Shown piece by piece: positions 18,131 to 27,294 of a DNA stretch of 64,000 bases. Below the pieces are notes generated by a model. It saw only the letters and a program-made list of their open reading frames with translations. It was not told the origin of the DNA and searched no databases. Numbering within the stretch: the stretch's first letter is position 1; each line of letters opens with the position of its first letter. Source of the DNA: Bacillales bacterium (lineage in GTDB: Bacteria; Bacillota_I; Bacilli_A; RFN20; CAG-826); assembly GCA_052171195.1 (NCBI GenBank), contig JBQMZB010000001.1:1735-65734 (forward strand), given 5' to 3'. The position numbers and the translations under genes are program-made.

Positions 18131-19705
18131 TTATTTTTCTCTTAATTTTTTTCTCTTATTAAGTTTGTATTTTCTTATTAATTTATAACTACCTAAATAA
18201 GAGATAAATGATATTAAAGTTGTTAAGACAACAACTTTAACCCATATTGGTAATGGATTAACTTTAACATTTTCCCACATGGTAACAATAGAATCATTAG
18301 CTTTGCCAAAATCTTTCATAATGCAAAGATGATTGACTTCATCTTTTTCTGGATATTGAGCATGTAATTGTCTTTTTGTTTGACTATAAGAAGCTTTTAT
18401 AATTGGATCTGAATCTTCTTTTTCTAGGGTACCTTCAAAGAAATAAGTTAAATCATAATCAACAGTTTCATCTTGTTCTTCTTCAGATGCATCATACCAT
18501 TCATGAACTTGCTCTAATACCTCATCTCCTGCAATAAATGGTGTATATCCAATATAATCCATATTTAAAGCAGCGTTTTTTGGAATTGATAAAAAATCTA
18601 AAAATGCATAAGCAGCACTTAATTTGTCACCTTGACAGTGTTCCGAAATACACCAACCATCAAACCAAATATTGGCACCATATGAAGGAAGAGCGTAATA
18701 AAATTCTTGTCCATATTTTTCTGCTTCATTCATCGAATAAACAGCATCTCCACTCCATGCAAGATTAATTCCAACTTTACCGGTAACAATATCTGTTTTA
18801 CCTGTATCAACTTCAAAACCATATATTTTATCTTTAATTTCAATTAAAGCCTTTTCTACTTTTTTAATTGTTTCATTATCGCTTCTATTAAAAATTTTAT
18901 TTATAGATTTCTTATAAGTTTCTAAAGTAATAATATTTGCTTCATAATCTTCTTGTAATTTTTTAAATTCATCATTATATACATGCATAATTCCAAATGC
19001 ATATGTATCACGAATACTATCTTTAATCGAAGCTATTGCGGTATAATCATAATTTTCCCATAAAAGATTCCAAGCAGAAGGTTTTGAAAAATCTTCAATA
19101 ACTTTCTCTTTTGAATATCCTTTAGATACTAAATATGGATTTGATGGATTATATATTAAGCCTAAAGTTCCCCACATATATCCTAAGGTATAATCATTTA
19201 AATTGCCTTTAGAAGGATCGTTTTCATCAATTAAATTATTTTCTAATGTAGATGTTAAGAATTTAGAAACATATTTTTGATAATTTGGAACTCTTGAAAA
19301 ATCAATTTTTTGAATTCTAGTTGAGTCTAAACCATCTAAATTTAACGCTAATTTTTGAATCATATAGTCGCTAGGACACATGATATCGTAGTTAGATTTA
19401 TTTAACTTTAATTCATTATACATAGTTTCAGGAGTATCAAACATATCGTATATAACTTGTACTTTTTTATTTAATCCATATTGTTTTCTAACTTCTGGAT
19501 CATCTAAATAATCATTAAATTGCTCTAATAAATCTTTTTCGCTATCTTTGTCACTTGGGTCATATTGATAAATATAGTCTTGCCAGTTATATACGTTTAA
19601 ATATATAACTTCATCATCTACATCTTTTTTCCCTTTACAAGAAAATAGAAATAAAGAAATTGTTAAATATATAAAACTGTGTTTAATAAAAGTATTTAAT
19701 TTCAT
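18131..19705 (-). CDS. potD: Spermidine/putrescine ABC transporter substrate-binding lipoprotein with an extra C-terminal TM anchor
   Basis: Lipobox LFLFSC, LNVYNWQDYI PotD-type start, 524 aa, C-terminal hydrophobic helix VKVVVLTTLISFISYLGSY plus a K/R tail. Confidence 0.8.
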   Translation of the reverse strand: MKLNTFIKHSFIYLTISLFLFSCKGKKDVDDEVIYLNVYNWQDYIYQYDPSDKDSEKDLLEQFNDYLDDPEVRKQYGLNKKVQVIYDMFDTPETMYNELKLNKSNYDIMCPSDYMIQKLALNLDGLDSTRIQKIDFSRVPNYQKYVSKFLTSTLENNLIDENDPSKGNLNDYTLGYMWGTLGLIYNPSNPYLVSKGYSKEKVIEDFSKPSAWNLLWENYDYTAIASIKDSIRDTYAFGIMHVYNDEFKKLQEDYEANIITLETYKKSINKIFNRSDNETIKKVEKALIEIKDKIYGFEVDTGKTDIVTGKVGINLAWSGDAVYSMNEAEKYGQEFYYALPSYGANIWFDGWCISEHCQGDKLSAAYAFLDFLSIPKNAALNMDYIGYTPFIAGDEVLEQVHEWYDASEEEQDETVDYDLTYFFEGTLEKEDSDPIIKASYSQTKRQLHAQYPEKDEVNHLCIMKDFGKANDSIVTMWENVKVNPLPIWVKVVVLTTLISFISYLGSYKLIRKYKLNKRKKLREK

Positions 19706-19706
19706 T

Positions 19707-20555
19707 TTAATACATCCTACCCTTTCTTTTCTTATTCTTTTTTAACATTTTATTGTTATATAAAGTTATAGAAATAGTAACAACGACAACCACAATAAAT
19801 ATCAAGGTTGTTAAACTTCTAAGCTCTAATGGGATTGATTTTTTCTTAATTACTCCTTGAATAAATGTTGATAAAGTTTGAATTGATTCATAACCATTTA
19901 ATAATCCTGGACCTCTAGTAAAAGCAGTAATTATAAAATCATCTAAAGAAAGAGATATAGCAAGTAAGAATCCACTAACAATACCAGGTAAAAGTTGTGG
20001 AACCATTACTCTTAACATTGCGAATCTTGGATTAGCACCTAAATCTAGAGCAGCTTCGTATAGAGAAGGATCTAATTGTTCCAATTTTGGTTTAACATTT
20101 AAATAAACAAAAGGAGCGCATAAAACTACGTGTCCAATTAAAAGTGTCCAGAAACCAAATATTTTATCATGGAAAATAAATTGTCCTAATAAAACAAAGA
20201 CAAATGTAAGTGACAAAGCGATAACTATTTCAGCATTAACAACAGGAATTTGATTAATATTTTCTAAAACTAATCTAACTCTTTTTTTACTATAATAAGA
20301 GCCCATTGCTCCGATTGTTCCTAAGAAAGTAGAAACTAAAGCACTTATGACAGCTATGATTAAAGTGTTGCCTAATGCAACCATAATCTTTTTATTTTTG
20401 AATAAATTAATATATAAATTTAATGTTAGTTTATTATCCCATTGACCTATTTGACTAACTTCACTAAATGAATATGCAATTAAAACTAAAATAGGAATAT
20501 ACATTAATAAAAGAAAGAAATAGATATAAGATTTAGCGAGAATTTTTCTTACCAT
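19707..20555 (-). CDS. potC: Spermidine/putrescine ABC transporter permease
   Basis: Six-TM BPD-type permease with an EAA-like loop (YEAALDLGANPRFAMLRV). Confidence 0.85.
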   Translation of the reverse strand: MVRKILAKSYIYFFLLLMYIPILVLIAYSFSEVSQIGQWDNKLTLNLYINLFKNKKIMVALGNTLIIAVISALVSTFLGTIGAMGSYYSKKRVRLVLENINQIPVVNAEIVIALSLTFVFVLLGQFIFHDKIFGFWTLLIGHVVLCAPFVYLNVKPKLEQLDPSLYEAALDLGANPRFAMLRVMVPQLLPGIVSGFLLAISLSLDDFIITAFTRGPGLLNGYESIQTLSTFIQGVIKKKSIPLELRSLTTLIFIVVVVVTISITLYNNKMLKKNKKRKGRMY

Positions 20556-21343
20556 TTTGAATCCCTTTCTTCACCTTTTTCAGTGTAATTCTTTGTAATA
20601 ATCATAGAAATAATTACAATTAAAAGCATTAACATAGCCATGAATGAGCCTTGTCCCCATTGACTATTAGAGAAAGATAAATATATTGAGTTACCAAATA
20701 GTGTTATTTTTGATTCACTTAAAACATCACTAATAACATAACTAGACATAGTAGGCATAAAAACCATCATTGATGCACTAATAACACCAGGCATACTTTG
20801 AGGAATAATAGATTTAGTAAAAACTTGGTATCGATTACATCCTAAATTAATCGCAGCTTCTACCTGTGATTTATCAAGTTTAAGCATGATTGAGTATAAA
20901 GGTAAAATAACAAACGGCAAATAATTATACACTAAACCAATCATTGTAGCTAAGTATGGATGAGTTCCTCCTCCAATCCCAAGCCAAGTTAAAACATCTC
21001 TTGTTGCCCATGTTCTTAAAACAAAGTTAATCCACATAGGAGTAATAAAAAGCATAACTATGACATTATTTTTATTATATTTAGAATTTGCTAATAAATA
21101 CGCTAAAGGATAACCAATTAAAAGACATATCAAAGTATTTAAAATAGAAAACATTAACGAATTCAATAATACATTTAATTTGTTAGTACTACTAAAAAAG
21201 CATATTAAAGAATCTAAACTAAAGTTCCCATTAATATCAGTAAAGGCATAATAAATTATAACTAAAATAGGTAAGATAACAAAAAGAATTAAGAAAAGAA
21301 AATATGGAATAACCAAATATTTTCTTTGAAATCTAAATCTCAT
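20549..21343 (-). CDS. potB: Spermidine/putrescine ABC transporter permease
   Basis: EAA loop VEAAINLGCNRYQVF. I start at the internal ATG (MRFRFQRKYL, RBS AAGAGG). The track ORF extends to 21412, inside potA. Confidence 0.8.
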   Translation of the reverse strand: MRFRFQRKYLVIPYFLFLILFVILPILVIIYYAFTDINGNFSLDSLICFFSSTNKLNVLLNSLMFSILNTLICLLIGYPLAYLLANSKYNKNNVIVMLFITPMWINFVLRTWATRDVLTWLGIGGGTHPYLATMIGLVYNYLPFVILPLYSIMLKLDKSQVEAAINLGCNRYQVFTKSIIPQSMPGVISASMMVFMPTMSSYVISDVLSESKITLFGNSIYLSFSNSQWGQGSFMAMLMLLIVIISMIITKNYTEKGEERDSKW

Positions 21344-23006
21344 AGTTAACAACCTCTTTTTTAAGTTGTAAACGAATATCTTCTTTTTTAACCTTAATTC
21401 CAACCTTATCATTTAAGTTATAAGTATATGGGGTAGTTAAAACAAAATCTTCTTCATTTTCAGTTCTTACAATAATACGATAGTGGTCACCAACATAAAC
21501 AGCATCAACAATTTCACCAATTAATTGACATTCATCACTTGCGATATCGTCAATTATTTCAATTTTATTAAGGTCAATTGTAGCAATAACTGTGGCATTT
21601 TTTAAATCATATTTTTTATTATTCTTTTCATCAATTAAATATCCATCTTCATCAAGATGACTACCTTTAATTAATTGAGTAACATCACAATCAAATGGAG
21701 TTTCATCAATCATAACTTGATTTGAATTATTTATATAAGCATCAGTATATATATTAGTTACAAAATCTTTTTCCATAATATGGATACCATCAGGTTTGAT
21801 TTGTAAACCTACATCAGAATCTACTTCATAATCAATGATTGATTCAACCATTAATTCATTTTTCCCTATAATAATGGTGTATTGATAATTTACTCCTTTA
21901 AAAATTTTTGTTTGTATATATCCAACCAAATCACCTTTTTCTTTTTTAACAATTTTAACATCTTCAGGTCTAATAACTACGTCAACCTTTTTATTTAATT
22001 CGAAATCATCAAGACAATTAAAGTCATGACCTAAAAATCTAACTTTTTTCTTACCAACCATGGTGGCGTTATAAATATTAGATTCTCCGATAAAGTCTGC
22101 TACAAATGCATTTTTCGGTTCATTATAAATATCTAATGGAGTTCCAATTTGTTGGATAAGTCCATCTTTCATAATAACAATAGTGTCTGACATTGTTAAA
22201 GCTTCTTCTTGATCATGTGTGACATATATAAAGGTAATACCTAATTTTTTATGCATTTCTTTAAGTTCAAGTTGCATACCTTTACGCATTTTTAAATCTA
22301 ATGCTCCTAATGGTTCATCAAGAAGTAAGATTTCAGGTTCCATAACAATAGCTCTAGCGATTGCTACACGTTGTTGTTGTCCTCCTGATAAAGTTGAAAT
22401 ATCTCTATCTTCAAGAGAATCAAGGTCAACAATTTTTAAAGCTTTAGCAACTTTTTTATCAATTTCTTGGTTAGTTAATTTTTTATATTTATATGCTTGT
22501 TCTGGATGTTTTTTAGCCTTTTCGATAGCGTCTTCAATTTCTTGTAATTTTAGTTGCTTTTCTTCTAAAGGCATTTCTTTAATCTTTTTAACTTTACGAT
22601 AATCTTCTTTTAATTCTCTAATTTTCTTATAATTAATTTTAAGAATAGGATTACCATTTTCATCTTTTAAAGCGATAGGTATCTTTTTGAGTTTCAACCC
22701 AAAAGCTACATTATCATAAACATCTAAGTGTGGAAATAAAGCATATCTTTGGAAAACCATATTAATTGGTCTCTTATTTGGAGCCATACGCGTTATTTCT
22801 CTTCCTTTTAAAAATACTTCTCCAGATGTAGGAAATTCAAAACCTGCAATCATTCTTAATGTAGTAGATTTTCCACATCCAGATGGTCCTAAAAGAGTGA
22901 TAAATTCACCTTTTTTGACATAAAAATTAAAATCATCAACAACGGTTACACCGTTAAACACTTTTGACACGTGTCTAAGATCAATAATGCAATCATTATT
23001 TTTCAT
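21333..23006 (-). CDS. potA: Spermidine/putrescine ABC transporter ATPase with an internal K/E-rich insertion and an extended C-terminus
   Basis: Walker A GPSGCGKST, signature LSGGQQQRV, Walker B LLLDEP. 557 aa, with a ~70 aa insert between the Q-loop and the signature. Confidence 0.9.
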   Translation of the reverse strand: MKNNDCIIDLRHVSKVFNGVTVVDDFNFYVKKGEFITLLGPSGCGKSTTLRMIAGFEFPTSGEVFLKGREITRMAPNKRPINMVFQRYALFPHLDVYDNVAFGLKLKKIPIALKDENGNPILKINYKKIRELKEDYRKVKKIKEMPLEEKQLKLQEIEDAIEKAKKHPEQAYKYKKLTNQEIDKKVAKALKIVDLDSLEDRDISTLSGGQQQRVAIARAIVMEPEILLLDEPLGALDLKMRKGMQLELKEMHKKLGITFIYVTHDQEEALTMSDTIVIMKDGLIQQIGTPLDIYNEPKNAFVADFIGESNIYNATMVGKKKVRFLGHDFNCLDDFELNKKVDVVIRPEDVKIVKKEKGDLVGYIQTKIFKGVNYQYTIIIGKNELMVESIIDYEVDSDVGLQIKPDGIHIMEKDFVTNIYTDAYINNSNQVMIDETPFDCDVTQLIKGSHLDEDGYLIDEKNNKKYDLKNATVIATIDLNKIEIIDDIASDECQLIGEIVDAVYVGDHYRIIVRTENEEDFVLTTPYTYNLNDKVGIKVKKEDIRLQLKKEVVNYEI

Positions 23007-23122
23007 TTAAATCCCTCCGAAATATTATTAAAGAACAATCTTTAAACAAAAAAAGAATATACTTTATTGATACATAAATCAACATTTTTTTTCATAAAAA
23101 ATATTAATAAATTTAAAATTAA

Positions 23123-23140
23123 GATTATATCGATATAATC
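23123..23140. promoter_or_regulatory. Perfect 18-bp palindrome GATTATATCGATATAATC in the long potA upstream region
   Basis: Read directly. Contains TATAAT on both strands. Function unknown. Confidence 0.3.
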
Positions 23141-23395
23141 AGTAATATTTTATTTATTTTTTTTCATAATTTTTAAATATTTTTTAAATATTTTGTTAGT
23201 TAAAAATTATTATTTTTTCTACTTAATATTGGAAATAGCTTATGACATACTTTTGATTAAATAATTTGTATTAAAATATTTATTTAAACATAAATTTTAT
23301 TATGTATTTTTTTAATAAATTTTATTTATAAGTCTTTAATTTTCGAAAAAAAATATTACAAGATAAAAAATCATGATAAATTGTTGTTTTAAAAC

Positions 23396-23423
23396 TTGAT
23401 TTAGTTATTCAACATGCTATAAT
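23396..23423 (+). promoter_or_regulatory. Sigma-A-type promoter of tRNA-Arg
   Basis: TTGATT (-35), 16-nt spacer, extended -10 TGCTATAAT ending 10 nt before the tRNA 5' end. Confidence 0.65.
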
Positions 23424-23432
23424 AATTATGCT

Positions 23433-23509
23433 GGTCCTATAGCTCAGCTGGATAGAGCAACAGCCTTCTAAGCTGTGGGTCAGGTGTTCGAATCGCCTTA
23501 GGATCACCA
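23433..23509 (+). tRNA. tRNA-Arg (TCT)
   Basis: Acceptor GGTCCTA/TAGGATC, D-arm GCTCAGCTGGATAGAGC, anticodon loop CTTCTAA, T-loop TTCGAAT, encoded CCA. Confidence 0.9.
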
Positions 23510-23521
23510 ATTTAAAAAATA

Positions 23522-23546
23522 CCCTCATTATTGAGGGCTTTTTTAT
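23522..23546 (+). terminator. Rho-independent terminator after tRNA-Arg
   Basis: CCCTCA-TTAT-TGAGGG followed by CTTTTTTATT. Confidence 0.75.
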
Positions 23547-23613
23547 TATTACAATATTCAATTATTGTATAAATAGTGTTTATAATAAATTGTAATTTAA
23601 TTATAATTTAAAT

Positions 23614-24024
23614 ATGAGAAATAAATTTATTATTATTGGAGCAGGAAAATTGGGTAGTTATCTTGCTGAGAAATTATCTTTAGAAGGTGAAAATGTTATT
23701 GTTATTGATAAAGATAAAAACAAATTAGGATATTTACCTTTAACTTTCAGCGGTTTAACTTACGCTGGTGATGCTACTTTAATTGAAACTTTAGAAGCAA
23801 ATAATATTAATACCTGTAAATGCTTGATTTGTCTTACTGAAAACGATAACACAAATATCTATATAAGCCATATTGCAAAAGTTTTTTTTGATATTCCTAA
23901 TATTTTTGTTAGATTAAATGATCCTAATAAAAGTGTTTTGGTAGATAAACTTGGAATTCAAACTATTTCTCCTTTTACTTTAGGAGTTGAACAATTTAAC
24001 AAAATGAGAAAGAGGATAAAATAA
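23614..24024 (+). CDS. TrkA-N (RCK N-terminal, NAD-binding) domain protein
   Basis: Rossmann motif IIGAGKLGSYLA, 136 aa, only the N lobe. Stop overlaps the next start (TAATG). Confidence 0.7.
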   Translation: MRNKFIIIGAGKLGSYLAEKLSLEGENVIVIDKDKNKLGYLPLTFSGLTYAGDATLIETLEANNINTCKCLICLTENDNTNIYISHIAKVFFDIPNIFVRLNDPNKSVLVDKLGIQTISPFTLGVEQFNKMRKRIK

Positions 24025-24749
24025 TGAAAATTACTATATGTGGAGGAACTCATGAAGCTTCATATATAATTAATATGTTTAAATGTGATAAGAAAAATAA
24101 ACATAAATTAATTGTTATTAATGAAGATAAAGAATACGGAAAACATCTAGCTAATAAATATAAAATACCTGTTTTGATCGGGGATTACACTAAAATATAT
24201 ACATTAGATGATGCAGATATTAATAATTCAGATTTATTTATTACTTTAAGTAAAAAAGATCCAGATAACTATATCGCTTCTCTTCTTGCTAAAAATTTAT
24301 TTAACTGTAAAAAAATACTCTCCGTTGTTACAAATCCTAATAACGTTTCTATCTTTAAAAGATTAGGAATTGACTTTGCAATTTCTTCTTCTTATTTAAT
24401 CGGTGAAACTATTAAAAATGAAAGTAATATAGAAGATGTATTAAGAACATTATCTTTAGAAGATGATATGATTAAAATCATCGAAATTGATATTAAAAAA
24501 GAATATGAGATATGCGATAAAGAATTAAGAGAGTTAGATTTTCCTGAATATGGAACTATTTCTGCCATATTTAGAAAACCAAGAATAATTATCCCAAAAG
24601 GTAAAACCGACATAAGAAATAATGATAAATTAATCATGGTTGCTCCAGCTCATGAAGAAAAAAATCTTATTAATTATGTTACAAAACTAAAAAAACAAAA
24701 AAAGAATGTAAATAAGGAGAAAAACAATGAAGCAAAGACTAATAGGTAA
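24024..24749 (+). CDS. TrkA/KtrA-like RCK protein (N plus C lobes, degenerate dinucleotide motif)
   Basis: ITICGGTHEASYI in place of GxGxxG, a TrkA-C-like C-terminal lobe, and a K/N-rich tail. Confidence 0.6.
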   Translation: MKITICGGTHEASYIINMFKCDKKNKHKLIVINEDKEYGKHLANKYKIPVLIGDYTKIYTLDDADINNSDLFITLSKKDPDNYIASLLAKNLFNCKKILSVVTNPNNVSIFKRLGIDFAISSSYLIGETIKNESNIEDVLRTLSLEDDMIKIIEIDIKKEYEICDKELRELDFPEYGTISAIFRKPRIIIPKGKTDIRNNDKLIMVAPAHEEKNLINYVTKLKKQKKNVNKEKNNEAKTNR

Positions 24750-25944
24750 TTTAATCTATGGACAATCAGGAGGTCCTACCAGCGTCATTAATTCTTCTGC
24801 TTATGGTCTTTTTAAAGAAGCTTTAAAAAATAAAGATGTAATAAATAAAGTTTATTATATGAAATATGGAATAGAAGGCTTATTAAATGAACTTATCTAT
24901 GAAGTTGATTTAAATGATAATGATTTAAATAAACTTTTATCTACTCCTGGAGCTGCTTTTGGAAGTAATAGATATAAATTGAAAACTTCTAACTCTGATG
25001 TTTTTTTAAAGATATTAAATATATTTAAAAAATATAACATTAGATATTTTTTCTATAATGGCGGAAATGATTCAATGGATACTATTGCTAAATTAACACG
25101 TTTTTTTAAAGAAAATAAATATGATTGTAAATGTATTGGTATTCCTAAAACAATTGATAACGATCTAGTATATACAGATCACACTCCTGGCTACGCTAGT
25201 GCTGCAAAATTTATAATAAATTCAATAATAGAAATTTATTATGATGATTTATCATATCTTAACGGAAAAGTTAATATTATTGAAATTATGGGCAGGAATG
25301 CTGGTTGGTTAACTGCTTCTTCAATTGTTGCTAGTGAAAGAATTGATGGTCCTGATTTAATTTTTGTTCCTGAAACAGATTTTGATATTGATGTATTTTT
25401 AAATAAAGTAAAAGAAATATATAAAAAAAAGAAAAGATGTCTTGTTTGTGTTAGCGAAGGTATTCATTTAAAAAATAATAAACCTATATTCGATGTTTCA
25501 AATCGTGGAGTCGATGCTTTTAATCATGTTCAATTAGGAGGTGTATGTCATTATTTATCTGATTTAGTAACTAAAAAATTAGGATATAAATCAAGAGGTA
25601 TTGAATTATCTATTCTTCAAAGAGCAAACTCTATGATTCCTAGTGAGATTGATATTAAAGAAGCAATTAAGGTAGGAAAATATGCTTTAAAAAGCGCTAT
25701 TAGAGGTAAAACAGGATGTATGGTAGCTATTAAAAGATTAAATGATTATCCTTATAAAGTAACATATAATCTTGTTAATTTAGATTTAATAAGAAATAAA
25801 GTAAAATATTTACCTCTAATTTATGTAGATACTTTAAATCATAATATTGATAAAAGTTTTATTAATTACGTAGTTCCTTTAATAAATTCTGAAGAAAAGA
25901 AACATTTAAAAAAAGGTTATATAGATACATATAACCTTAAATAA
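24727..25944 (+). CDS. pfp: Phosphofructokinase, pyrophosphate-dependent type
   Basis: GGPTSVIN, GGNDS and PKTIDND. Asp at the E. coli Gly104 position and Lys at the Gly124 position are the PPi-type diagnostic residues. Confidence 0.75.
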   Translation: MKQRLIGNLIYGQSGGPTSVINSSAYGLFKEALKNKDVINKVYYMKYGIEGLLNELIYEVDLNDNDLNKLLSTPGAAFGSNRYKLKTSNSDVFLKILNIFKKYNIRYFFYNGGNDSMDTIAKLTRFFKENKYDCKCIGIPKTIDNDLVYTDHTPGYASAAKFIINSIIEIYYDDLSYLNGKVNIIEIMGRNAGWLTASSIVASERIDGPDLIFVPETDFDIDVFLNKVKEIYKKKKRCLVCVSEGIHLKNNKPIFDVSNRGVDAFNHVQLGGVCHYLSDLVTKKLGYKSRGIELSILQRANSMIPSEIDIKEAIKVGKYALKSAIRGKTGCMVAIKRLNDYPYKVTYNLVNLDLIRNKVKYLPLIYVDTLNHNIDKSFINYVVPLINSEEKKHLKKGYIDTYNLK

Positions 25945-25949
25945 ATTAA

Positions 25950-26624
25950 CTACTTAAATAAAACGCATATAAATGGAATAAAGGCTAATATTGAAATGAA
26001 AAATGTGCCCCATTCTAATAACGCTAAATAAGAAATTTTCGGTCTGGAATTTAACTCCGTTTTAAAATCAACACATTTAGCCCAATTCTTGTGAGTTGGA
26101 TTTATCATTAAAATAAATTGACTAATAATTAAAATTAAAATCACAATTGTATTTATAATTGTGATTTTTTTAAGTATAGTAAAATTAAAATTTACATTAG
26201 TAAAGAAAATATATTCTAAACATAATAAAAGTAAGTTAGAACATACATAAATTGATGTATTAACTAAATGCGCTGTATAGTTATTAAGTTTTATAAATCT
26301 TATAAATATAAAAGATATTTGCATAATAAATATACTAATAAGCAAAAATAAATTACAAAATAATCCACTTATATTTTTAAAATATATAAAGAAAATTATA
26401 CCTGCTGTTATATATAGAAAGCTTCCAAATAAAGATAAAGCTAAAACAGGATAAGTTTTAAATGAAAATAATTTAAATCTATTTAATTCATAAGGAAAAT
26501 TTTTAAGAAAACTATATTTGCTTCTTCCAGTATCTTTATATAAAAAATATTCAGTTAAAAATCCTGCGATAAAAAATAATATTGATGATAAATATAAAAT
26601 TAAAGTTATATATGATAATTCCAT
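25950..26624 (-). CDS. Hypothetical polytopic membrane protein
   Basis: 224 aa, about six hydrophobic helices, no recognisable motif. Confidence 0.45.
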   Translation of the reverse strand: MELSYITLILYLSSILFFIAGFLTEYFLYKDTGRSKYSFLKNFPYELNRFKLFSFKTYPVLALSLFGSFLYITAGIIFFIYFKNISGLFCNLFLLISIFIMQISFIFIRFIKLNNYTAHLVNTSIYVCSNLLLLCLEYIFFTNVNFNFTILKKITIINTIVILILIISQFILMINPTHKNWAKCVDFKTELNSRPKISYLALLEWGTFFISILAFIPFICVLFK

Positions 26625-26628
26625 ATTT

Positions 26629-27285
26629 TTATTTTAAACTAAGAATTGCTTTTTTTCTATCTTTTTGTTTAAAAATATAACTACCAGCAACTAAAACATC
26701 ACAACCACAATCTTTACATTGTTTTGCAGTTATATCATTAATTCCCCCATCAACTTCAATAAGATATTTATAGTTATATTTATTTCTTAATTCATCTAAA
26801 TATTTAATTTTATCTAAGGATGTATTTATAAATGCTTGACCTCCAAAACCAGGTTCTACTGACATTATCAAAACTAAATCTAAATAAGGAAGAAGATCTA
26901 ATATTTCATCAACTGATGTATTAGGTTTTATCGAAAGACCTATTTTTTTATTTTGTTTATGAGCAGATTCTGACATTTCAATAATCTCTAATTTAGAGGA
27001 TGTTTCAAAATGAATTGTTAAAATATCTGCACCACTTTCTAAAAATTTATTAAAATATTTTATAGGATTAACAATCATTAAATGGACATCAAATAAAACA
27101 TTTTGATGTTTATCCTTCAAAGATTTTAAAACAGGTATCCCAAAAGATATATTATTTACAAAAACTCCATCCATAACATCAAAATGAATTCCATCAGCAT
27201 TGTTCAATATAACATCATTAATTTCTTGATGTAATATATTAAAATCTGCCGATAAAAGTGAAGGATAAATATAAATATTTTTCAT
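26629..27285 (-). CDS. rpe: Ribulose-phosphate 3-epimerase
   Basis: PSLLSADF, HFDVMDG, HLM, VEPGFGGQ, VDGG motifs. Confidence 0.9.
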   Translation of the reverse strand: MKNIYIYPSLLSADFNILHQEINDVILNNADGIHFDVMDGVFVNNISFGIPVLKSLKDKHQNVLFDVHLMIVNPIKYFNKFLESGADILTIHFETSSKLEIIEMSESAHKQNKKIGLSIKPNTSVDEILDLLPYLDLVLIMSVEPGFGGQAFINTSLDKIKYLDELRNKYNYKYLIEVDGGINDITAKQCKDCGCDVLVAGSYIFKQKDRKKAILSLK

Positions 27286-27294
27286 AATATAACC

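Noticed and set aside
20549-21412. Long form of potB starting at 21412 and overlapping 80 nt of potA.
   Set aside because: The first 23 residues (MIRLELRLKKKIFVYNLKKRLLT) lie inside the potA coding sequence. The internal ATG at 21343 has an AAGAGG SD and gives a normal PotB N-terminus.
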